Source: Candidatus Merdimorpha stercoravium
GTDB lineage: Bacteria; Bacteroidota; Bacteroidia; Flavobacteriales; UBA1820
Reading direction: 5' to 3'
DNA length: 29,570 bases
Assembly (NCBI GenBank): GCA_018715295.1
Contig: DVLY01000008.1
Span: 1 to 29,570 of the forward strand
The notes below the pieces were generated by a model, which was given only the letters and a program-made list of their open reading frames with translations, was not told where the DNA came from and ran no database searches. A program made the position numbers and the translations under genes. Of this stretch, positions 8,050-15,403 are shown one piece after another. Within the stretch, counting starts at the first letter, position 1; each line of letters starts with the position of its first letter.

Positions 8050-9396
8050 TTGGACCCCGACCCGTATTGTAGTCCGCTGTTGTTGTTTGCTGAAAACGTC
8101 GATTTTCACGCGATCGCCTACATCCTTCTGCTCATCCTGTTGTTCATGGTTTCGGCCCTGATGTCGGGTTCGGAAACTGCGCTGTTTTCCCTCTCCAAGT
8201 CCGAGATCGAAGCGTTCCGCTCCTCGCGCAACCCGAGCGAGGAAAATGTGGCGCGCCTGCTGGAAAAACCCGAACGGCTGCTGGCCACCATCCTGATCGT
8301 CAACAATTTCGTCAACATCGGCATCGTCCTGATCTTCGAATACCTGCTGCGCTATTATCTGGTCATCGAACATCCTGTGCTGCGCGTAGTCGTTTCGGTC
8401 GTGCTCACCACCTTCCTGCTGGTACTCTTCGGCGAAGTGCTGCCCAAGGTGTACGCCACCGGCAACTACAAAGGCTTCAGCCGGTTTGCCTCCGGACCGA
8501 TGACCGTCGTGGTAAGCCTGATGCGCATCTTCAGCGCTCCGTTCATGCTGCTGAGCCGGGGGCTGGAAAAGATCCTCGCCCGCCGTCCGCACGAAACCCT
8601 CTCGGTGGACAACCTCTCCCAGGCACTCGAAATGACCGCCGGCGGCGAATTGGACGAAGACGGGGAAAAGCGCATCCTGGAAGGCATCGTATCCTTCGGC
8701 AAGACCGAAGCCCGCGCCGTGATGACCCCCCGCACCGAAATGTTCACCCTGGCGGACACCTGCCCCTTCGACCGTCTGAAAAGCCAGATCGTCAAACAGG
8801 GCTACTCCCGCATCCCCGTTTACCACGAGGACCCGGACCACATCATCGGCATCCTCTACATCAAGGACCTGCTGGGGCACCTGGGCAAGACGGACTTCGC
8901 CTGGCAATCGCTCCTGCGCGCTCCGCTGTTCGTTCCCGAGAACCGCAAGATCGACGACATCCTGGTGGACTTCCAGGAGCAGAAAAACCACATGGCCATC
9001 GTGGTGGACGAATACGGCGGCACCTCGGGCATCCTCACCATGGACGACATCCTCGAAGAGATCGTGGGCAACATCTCGGACGAATTCGACGAGGAAGAAA
9101 CGCCCTATACGCAGAAAGACGCCACCAACTTCCTCTTCGAAGGCCACATCTCGCTCAAGGACTTCTACCGCGCCATGGACTTCGACGACCGCCAGGAGGA
9201 GACCTTCGAAGCCGCCAAAGGCGAAGCCGACTCCCTGGCCGGATTCCTGCTGGAACTCTCCGGCGCCTTCCCCAAACGCGGACAGGAGATCCGCTTTGGC
9301 CGCTATGCCTTCACCGTCGAATCCATCGACCGCAAGCGCATCCGGCAGATCTCCCTCACCCTGCTCCCCGACGCGCAGGATGAGGAACAAGACTGA
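8050..9396 (+). CDS. gldE: GldE-like CNNM/CorC (hemolysin-family) membrane protein: DUF21 transmembrane domain, 2 CBS domains, CorC_HlyC domain; TTG start
   Basis: MDPDP N-terminus; [68 protein letters not shown]-like [10 protein letters not shown]. Confidence 0.82.
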   Translation: MDPDPYCSPLLLFAENVDFHAIAYILLLILLFMVSALMSGSETALFSLSKSEIEAFRSSRNPSEENVARLLEKPERLLATILIVNNFVNIGIVLIFEYLLRYYLVIEHPVLRVVVSVVLTTFLLVLFGEVLPKVYATGNYKGFSRFASGPMTVVVSLMRIFSAPFMLLSRGLEKILARRPHETLSVDNLSQALEMTAGGELDEDGEKRILEGIVSFGKTEARAVMTPRTEMFTLADTCPFDRLKSQIVKQGYSRIPVYHEDPDHIIGILYIKDLLGHLGKTDFAWQSLLRAPLFVPENRKIDDILVDFQEQKNHMAIVVDEYGGTSGILTMDDILEEIVGNISDEFDEEETPYTQKDATNFLFEGHISLKDFYRAMDFDDRQEETFEAAKGEADSLAGFLLELSGAFPKRGQEIRFGRYAFTVESIDRKRIRQISLTLLPDAQDEEQD

Positions 9397-9490
9397 CCTC
9401 CTCTTTCCCCGCTTCGCCCCTCGTGAAACAGTTCCTCCTGACAGGGGCACTTGCCGCCTCGCGCCTTCCCGAAGCGATTGTTGATAAATA

Positions 9491-9524
9491 ACGCGCGGAA
9501 AATACCCCGCGCGTCCCTCTTTTT
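9491..9524 (+). terminator. Possible terminator between gldE and the TPR gene
   Basis: ACGCGCGG-AAAATACC-CCGCGCGT followed by CCCTCTTTTT; the T tract is displaced from the stem. Confidence 0.35.
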
Positions 9525-9565
9525 AGTAACTTTACCCTTTCGCAAAACCAACGCGACATACGCCT

Positions 9566-10960
9566 ATGTTCCTCAATCCGAAAGAAGACCGATCCGACCT
9601 CATCGCCCGGTTTGAATCCATGCTCAAGGAGGGTTCTCCGGTCTTTTTCGATTCCTCGGCCTGGGAGGACATCATCGACTATTACCTGCGCAACCTCCAA
9701 TACGAAAAGGCCGGCATCGCCGCTTCGATGGCCCTGGACACGTACAGCACGTCGTCCTCCCTCTCGCTGGCCTGTGCCGAAGCCTTCATCTACGACGGCA
9801 ACGCCGAACGCGCCCGTCAGATCCTCGACAGCCTCGCTCCCCTGTGCGCCGGCGATGCGGACTACCTGGTCGCGCAAGGGCTCTACCTCTCGTACACCAA
9901 ACAGTCCAAACAGGCCATCGAATGCTACCTGGCTGCCTATCCCGAATACGACGACCGCCTGCGGCTGGACATCCTGCTGGGCGAGGAGTACGCCACTACC
10001 GGCAACCTGAGCCTGGCGGCCAAATACCTCCAACGCGCTGTGCTGGCCAACCCTTCGGATGCCGACACCATCGCCCGCCTGGCCGAGATCTATTCCTTCG
10101 GACAGGACGACGCGCAAGCCGTCCGCTTTTTCAACCGCCTGATCGACGCCGATCCGTACAACGCCGACGCCTGGCACAATCTCGGCATTTTCCTCTCCAA
10201 ACAGGAAAAGTGGGACGAAGCCCTGCGCGCCTACCAGTACACCCTGCTGCTCGATCCGCAACGTGCCATGGCCTACTACGACATGGCCGACGTGTACGAA
10301 CAGCGCGAACAATACGACCTGGTGGCCCGGACGCTGCTCGAACTCCTTTCGGTACGACACTTGGAAGACCCCTATCCGTACCTCCGCCTGGGGGAATGCT
10401 ACCAAGCGATGGACGACTTCGACAGCGCCTGCGAATACTTCCTCAAAGCCGTACATTACGACCCGCAGCTCTCCCGCGGATGGTACGGGCTGGCGGCCGT
10501 GCACTTCGATGCCGGCTACAAGAAACAAGCCCTCGACTACATCCGCCAAGGTATGGCGGCCGACCGCTACGACATCGACTGCCTGCGGCTGGCCTGGGAG
10601 ATCGAGGAATCGCTCGAACGCTACGACGACGCCCTGACCCACCTGCAGGAAGTGATCGACCACCCGGAGAGCAACGCCGAAGACTACCTCGACCTGGCCT
10701 ACTTCCTCTACCAGCGGGGACGGCTCAAGGAATCGCTCGACACCCTGAAAACCACCCGGACGCTTTTCCCCGAAGCCCACGAGGTCTTCTACCACCTTTG
10801 CGCCCTGTATTGCGCCCTCGACCAACGGGAACGCTGTCTGGAAATGTTCGAGCGCGCCGTACGCCTCGCCCCGGAAATGATCGGCGTGCTGCGCGACAAT
10901 TACCCGAACCTGATGCGGGTGGACGAAACCAACAAGAAGATCTATCTCACACAAAAATAA
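9566..10960 (+). CDS. Tetratricopeptide repeat protein, conserved Bacteroidota type
   Basis: 464 aa; repeated TPR-like helices (AWHNLGIFL...ALRAYQYTLLLDP; PYLRLGECYQ...ACEYFLKAVHYDP); N-terminal ARFESML. Confidence 0.85.
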   Translation: MFLNPKEDRSDLIARFESMLKEGSPVFFDSSAWEDIIDYYLRNLQYEKAGIAASMALDTYSTSSSLSLACAEAFIYDGNAERARQILDSLAPLCAGDADYLVAQGLYLSYTKQSKQAIECYLAAYPEYDDRLRLDILLGEEYATTGNLSLAAKYLQRAVLANPSDADTIARLAEIYSFGQDDAQAVRFFNRLIDADPYNADAWHNLGIFLSKQEKWDEALRAYQYTLLLDPQRAMAYYDMADVYEQREQYDLVARTLLELLSVRHLEDPYPYLRLGECYQAMDDFDSACEYFLKAVHYDPQLSRGWYGLAAVHFDAGYKKQALDYIRQGMAADRYDIDCLRLAWEIEESLERYDDALTHLQEVIDHPESNAEDYLDLAYFLYQRGRLKESLDTLKTTRTLFPEAHEVFYHLCALYCALDQRERCLEMFERAVRLAPEMIGVLRDNYPNLMRVDETNKKIYLTQK

Positions 10961-10972
10961 AATTCAAACTCC

Positions 10973-13522
10973 ATGCTCAAAAGACTCCTTCTTCTATCCG
11001 CCGCAGCCGCGCTGATGGTCGGATGTTCCGCCAAGAAACAAGGCGCGGAGATGGCGCCGGTGGACGTTACCTGGACGATGGCCGGCAACATGCAAGGTCC
11101 GGACAGTGCCTACTACAAGACGGTGTTCACCTTCCGCAACACCTCGGATCGCCCGTTGGACAACAACTGGGTCATCTACTACAACCAGTTCCCGCGTGTT
11201 CCCCTGCATTCGGACTCCACGCAGGTAAAGGCCGAGAAAGTCATCGCCGACTTCTTCCGCCTGTACCCCACCGAGTATTACCAGCCGATCGCCCCCGGCG
11301 ATTCGCTCGAAGTAACGATCCTCTTCCGCGGGTCCTCCAGCAAAGAGATCGAAGCCCCGATGGGCATGTACTTCGTCCCCTGCGACGAGCAGGGCAAGGA
11401 GCTCACCCCGCAAAAGATGAATCCCGTTACCATCACCCCGTTCGACCCCTCCACTTCGGCCCGCCGCAACAAGAACGACCGCTACCCCTATCCCTACGGC
11501 CCGTTCCAGTATGCCCAGGACGAAGACCTGGTGCTGGACGCTCCCTTGCGTTCGCTGGACATCATCCCTTCGGTAAAACAAGGCCGTGAAACGGGCGACA
11601 CCGTCGCCATCGGGTCGCGCATCGCCCTCTCCGCTTCGGCCGGGCTGGACAATGAAAAAGACTTCCTGGCCCAGGTACTCGAAAAGGACTATGCCGCACA
11701 ACTCTCGGATTCGGCAGCCTACCCCATCTCGCTGGCTATCGACTCTACGGCCGCCTGGACCAACGGGGAAAGCTACCGCCTGGAACTCACTCCCGAAGGG
11801 GCTGCCATCACCGGAGCTTCCTCGGCCGGCGTGTTCTACGGCATCCAGACCCTGCGCGCCGTACTGGGAATGAACACCCTGCCGCTGCGCACACCTGCCA
11901 TATCCATCAGCGACTATCCCGACTTCGGATACCGGGGCATGCACCTGGACGTCGCCCGCAACTTCCAGACTCCCGAGGCAGTCAAACACCTGCTGGACAT
12001 GATGGCTTACTACAAGCTGAACGTCTTCCATTTCCACTTCAACGACGACGAGTCCTGGCGTCTGGAGATCCCCGGCATTCCCGAACTGACCTCCTACGGT
12101 GCCCGTCGCGGCCATACGCTCGATGAAAAGGACATGCTGCACCCCACCTACGGTTCCGGTCCGTTTGCCGACGACACCACTTCGCACGGCTATGGCTACT
12201 TTACCCGCGAGCAATTCATCGACCTGCTGCAGTACGCCACCCGCCTGCACATCCAGGTGATCCCCGAGATCGAAACTCCCGGCCACGCCCGCGCCGCCAT
12301 CTACTCGATGAAGCACCGGTATGAAAAATACAAGGATACCGATCCTGAAGAAGCTACCCGTTACCTGCTGCACGACCCGGCCGACACGTCCGAATACACC
12401 TCCGCCCAAGGCTTCCATGACAACGTGATGTGCGTAGCCAACGAAGGGGTGTACAACTTCCTGGACAAAGTCGTTACCGAACTCCAGGCCATGTACCGCG
12501 AAGCCGGTGCTCCGCTGGCAGGCATCCAGACCGGCGGCGACGAAGTGCCGCGCGGCGCATGGCTCGGTTCCCCGGCCTGCCAAGCTTTGATCGACCAGGG
12601 AGTCGTCGCTTCCAAGGATGATCTGCGCGACTACTATACCGCCCGCCTGAAGAAGATCCTGGACGAGAAAGGCCTGAAATTCTACGGCTGGATGGAGATT
12701 GCCACCAAAAAAGGCAAGGTCAATCCCAAATTCCAGGATGCCGGTTTCGTCGCCTACTGCTGGGATACGGTCGGCAGCTGGGGCGGTGAAGAGATGCCCT
12801 ACCACCTGGCCAACTCGGGGGTAGACGTCATCCTGTGCAACGCCCCCAACCTGTACTTCGACTTTGCATACAACAAACATGCCGAAGAACCGGGTCTCTA
12901 CTGGGGCGGTTGGGTAAACGAGCGCGACTCGTACAACCTGCTGCCGTACGACATGTACCGCTCGGTACGTATCGCCCTGAACGGCACCCCGATGGATTGG
13001 GACAAAGCCGTGAGGAAAGCCAACGGCACCCCGAAAGAACGCCTGACCTCCGAAGGCAAGAAACACATCCTCGGCATTCAGGGCGAACTGTGGAGCGAGA
13101 CCATCAAAGGCGAGCCGATGATGCAGTACTACATCTTCCCCAAGATCGTCGGGCTGGCCGAACGCGCTTGGGATGCCGTTCCCGACTGGTCGATGATCTC
13201 CGGCAAGCAGACACGCGAGAAAGCCTACAACGAGGCCCTCGGCGCTTACCTGACCAAGATCGCCCGCAAGGAAATGCCCTACTGGGAAAAACAGGGCATC
13301 AACTTCCGCCTTGCCTCGCCCGGTATCGAGATCAAGGACGGCATGCTCTACATCACCAACTCCGTTCCCGGCACCTCGGTACACTATACCACCGACGGCA
13401 GCGAGCCTACCGAGCAGTCGCCCATCTGGACGGCTCCCGTACCGGTAGAAGGCACCGACATCCGGGCTACGACCATCGGTTTCGGGAAAAAGAGCGTTAC
13501 GCTCCAGTACCAGGGCGAATAG
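10973..13522 (+). CDS. GH20 beta-N-acetylhexosaminidase/chitobiase-type lipoprotein with an N-terminal carbohydrate-binding-like domain and a C-terminal FN3-associated domain
   Basis: Lipobox MVGC; DYPDFGYRGMHLDVARNF, YYKLNVFHFHFNDDESWR, VIPEIETPGHA, GGDE catalytic pair, GIQGELWSE, FPKIVGLAERAW, HYTTDGSEPT. Confidence 0.93.
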   Translation: MLKRLLLLSAAAALMVGCSAKKQGAEMAPVDVTWTMAGNMQGPDSAYYKTVFTFRNTSDRPLDNNWVIYYNQFPRVPLHSDSTQVKAEKVIADFFRLYPTEYYQPIAPGDSLEVTILFRGSSSKEIEAPMGMYFVPCDEQGKELTPQKMNPVTITPFDPSTSARRNKNDRYPYPYGPFQYAQDEDLVLDAPLRSLDIIPSVKQGRETGDTVAIGSRIALSASAGLDNEKDFLAQVLEKDYAAQLSDSAAYPISLAIDSTAAWTNGESYRLELTPEGAAITGASSAGVFYGIQTLRAVLGMNTLPLRTPAISISDYPDFGYRGMHLDVARNFQTPEAVKHLLDMMAYYKLNVFHFHFNDDESWRLEIPGIPELTSYGARRGHTLDEKDMLHPTYGSGPFADDTTSHGYGYFTREQFIDLLQYATRLHIQVIPEIETPGHARAAIYSMKHRYEKYKDTDPEEATRYLLHDPADTSEYTSAQGFHDNVMCVANEGVYNFLDKVVTELQAMYREAGAPLAGIQTGGDEVPRGAWLGSPACQALIDQGVVASKDDLRDYYTARLKKILDEKGLKFYGWMEIATKKGKVNPKFQDAGFVAYCWDTVGSWGGEEMPYHLANSGVDVILCNAPNLYFDFAYNKHAEEPGLYWGGWVNERDSYNLLPYDMYRSVRIALNGTPMDWDKAVRKANGTPKERLTSEGKKHILGIQGELWSETIKGEPMMQYYIFPKIVGLAERAWDAVPDWSMISGKQTREKAYNEALGAYLTKIARKEMPYWEKQGINFRLASPGIEIKDGMLYITNSVPGTSVHYTTDGSEPTEQSPIWTAPVPVEGTDIRATTIGFGKKSVTLQYQGE

Positions 13523-13547
13523 TGTCCCGGGAAGTTTCCTGAAAAGC

Positions 13548-13578
13548 ATCCCCGCGACTCTCGTCGCGGGGATTTTTT
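13548..13578 (+). terminator. Intrinsic terminator after the GH20 gene
   Basis: ATCCCCGCGAC-TCTC-GTCGCGGGGAT followed by a T run. Confidence 0.85.
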
Positions 13579-13620
13579 ATCCGTCTTCCGAATGCCGGCA
13601 AATATTTTTTCGCGGGAAAA

Positions 13621-13652
13621 TTTGCACGGGGAATATTTTCACCGTACATTTG
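13621..13652 (+). promoter_or_regulatory. Complete Bacteroidota sigma-A promoter for tRNA-Arg
   Basis: -33 TTTG (13621-13624), 20-nt spacer, -7 TACATTTG (13645-13652). Confidence 0.8.
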
Positions 13653-13675
13653 CCACCGTCTAACGACAGACAACC

Positions 13676-13749
13676 GGTCCCGTAGCTTAACTGAATAGAG
13701 CATCAGATTACGGCTCTGAAGGTTGAAGGTTTGAATCCTTCCGGGATCA
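13676..13749 (+). tRNA. tRNA-Arg (anticodon ACG); CCA not encoded
   Basis: Cloverleaf: GGTCCCG/CGGGATC acceptor stem; GCTT-AACTGAATA-GAGC D arm; TCAGA-TTACGGC-TCTGA anticodon arm (ACG at 13710-13712); GAAGG-TTTGAAT-CCTTC T arm; A20 Arg identity base. Confidence 0.95.
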
Positions 13750-13754
13750 CTGAG

Positions 13755-13784
13755 AAAGCCCCTGCATTGCGCAGGGGCTTTTTT
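13755..13784 (+). terminator. Intrinsic terminator after tRNA-Arg
   Basis: AAAGCCCCTGC-ATTGC-GCAGGGGCTTT plus TTT. Confidence 0.88.
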
Positions 13785-13836
13785 ATTGGGTATCACCTCT
13801 CCAAACCTGCCCATTTCCGAAAAACCGCCCCACAAG

Positions 13837-13879
13837 AAAAGTCCCGTCGGAGCATTTTTCAACGCTCCGACGGGACTTT
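13837..13879 (-). terminator. Intrinsic terminator after the metallophosphoesterase gene
   Basis: 16-bp stem AAAGTCCCGTCGGAGC / GCTCCGACGGGACTTT with a 10-nt loop; the A-run gives a U tail on the minus strand. Confidence 0.75.
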
Positions 13880-13942
13880 GCCAGCCAACTTCACTGCCTC
13901 TCCAAAGAGCCACCCTGCCCCTTCTTGGCAGGATGCAGTGGA

Positions 13943-15238
13943 TTATCTTTTGGCTTTTACCACCGCCTGGTCGATCTTCGTGCCGTTGCGGTCGTAAAGG
14001 GTGAGCAGCAACTGATCGTCGTTGCCTTCAAGCAGGATCGCACCGACCGTACGGCCACCTTCGCTCCAACGGCATTTGATCAAGTCCTTGTTGTCGGTCC
14101 ATTCTTTGAGTTCCTGTCCCCGTTCGTTGTCCGAAGAAGGCGTCTGAATGTACACCGTACCTACCGAACCATCGGTTTCCTTGCCCTGGTACACGGCATT
14201 GGTGCGGGCATAGATGTGGTTGTTGGCTCCGATGGCCAAATCGACACCGCACTGGTCGAACAAGTCTTTCCACCGGTTGTATTGGGAAGCCCGACCATTA
14301 TTTCCATAAAACCACTGGTAGTGCTCCATCACCACGATGTACTTCGAGGGATTGTTCTCGATCACTTCCCGCACCCATGCCTGGGCAGCGGCCAGACCTT
14401 CGTCGCTGCGCATATCCTCGTTGTTGAGCATGATGAACAGCACATTGCCGTACTTGAAATAGTAACATACCCCCTCTTCGCCCGGATAGCCGTTGAGCGG
14501 ATTGTTGTTCACGTGGCGGAAGTACTCGTTGCTCAAGCGTTTGGACTGACGGTCCATGTTGTCATGGTTGCCGTTCACCCCCGCCCAAAGGTATTTTTTG
14601 AAGTGTCGCTGCTCGTAGAGGTCCCTCCAGAAGGAATAGCTCCCGCCCCAGGCGCACACATCGCCCACGTGGAGCATCAGGTCGAAGTCGCCCCCGTTGC
14701 ACGCCTCGAGGGTATCGAGCATAGCCATCGCCGAAACTACCCGCGCACCGAGCGGCGGATACGCATGGAAGTCGGAGATGATCCCCGCCGTCCACGCTCC
14801 CGAACGCGGCGCCGTCTTGAAGTAACGCACCTGGCTCATGTTCCCCTTCTCGCCCACGCGGTACATGTAGCGGGTGCCGGGCTTGAGTTTGTCCAGGGAA
14901 ACGGTGCACTGCCAAAAACGCGCCTGTTCGAAAAAGCTCTCTCCGGTAGCTTTCTTGGAGAAAAGGCTGTCGAATACCGTACAGTAGGCCTGCTCCGCGC
15001 GGGTCGTCCGGGCTTTCTTCCAGAGCGTATCACTCGCTTCGGTCCATTGGCAGATCGCCTTGCGGGCTTTCTGATCGCTGTGCCAATTGATACGCACCTG
15101 ATGCCAGGTCTCCTCGCCCGGGTTGGCGATCACGGTGTAGGCACTCGGTGCCTGTTGGCTCTCTACGGCGGGCTGAGCCGACACCCAACACGACAGCCCC
15201 CACAGAGCCGCCGCCAGGAACATTGCTTTGTTTTTCAT
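13943..15238 (-). CDS. Secreted FN3 (purple acid phosphatase N-terminal-like) plus calcineurin-like metallophosphoesterase (431 aa; start corrected from 15370)
   Basis: Signal MKNKAMFLAAALWGLSCWVSAQ; VSLDKLKPGTRYMYRVG (FN3); ISDFH, HVGDV, GVNGNHD, VVMEH, GANNHIYAR. Confidence 0.85.
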   Translation of the reverse strand: MKNKAMFLAAALWGLSCWVSAQPAVESQQAPSAYTVIANPGEETWHQVRINWHSDQKARKAICQWTEASDTLWKKARTTRAEQAYCTVFDSLFSKKATGESFFEQARFWQCTVSLDKLKPGTRYMYRVGEKGNMSQVRYFKTAPRSGAWTAGIISDFHAYPPLGARVVSAMAMLDTLEACNGGDFDLMLHVGDVCAWGGSYSFWRDLYEQRHFKKYLWAGVNGNHDNMDRQSKRLSNEYFRHVNNNPLNGYPGEEGVCYYFKYGNVLFIMLNNEDMRSDEGLAAAQAWVREVIENNPSKYIVVMEHYQWFYGNNGRASQYNRWKDLFDQCGVDLAIGANNHIYARTNAVYQGKETDGSVGTVYIQTPSSDNERGQELKEWTDNKDLIKCRWSEGGRTVGAILLEGNDDQLLLTLYDRNGTKIDQAVVKAKR

Positions 15239-15272
15239 ACCATGCAAAACGTTTTTTAAGATGATCGAAAAG

Positions 15273-15280
15273 CAAAGATA
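15273..15280 (-). promoter_or_regulatory. -7 promoter box for the metallophosphoesterase gene
   Basis: TATCTTTG on the minus strand, 34 nt upstream of ATG 15238. Confidence 0.6.
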
Positions 15281-15330
15281 GCCAACTTTTGCCGGGAAAC
15301 CGCCGCAATATCCCGAAAAAACTCGGGCAC

Positions 15331-15380
15331 AAAAAAAGGATCCTCCGTTGCAGTGCCGAAAGCGCCGCAACGGAGGATCC
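15331..15380 (-). terminator. Intrinsic terminator after the PCMD lipoprotein gene
   Basis: 14-bp stem GGATCCTCCGTTGC / GCAACGGAGGATCC; A7 at 15331-15337 gives a U tail on the minus strand. Confidence 0.82.
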
Positions 15381-15403
15381 CACCCTCGAAAGGGGAAAAG
15401 ACA

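Noticed and set aside
8050-9396. gldE as evidence of gliding motility
   Set aside because: GldE is a CNNM/CorC-family protein also present in non-gliding Bacteroidota; gldD and other motility genes are not in the window
4792-13549. Long antisense ORFs (4792-7965, 8035-9450, 9356-10954, 10994-13549)
   Set aside because: Shadows of ileS, gldE, the TPR gene and GH20, explained by the same codon-usage effect
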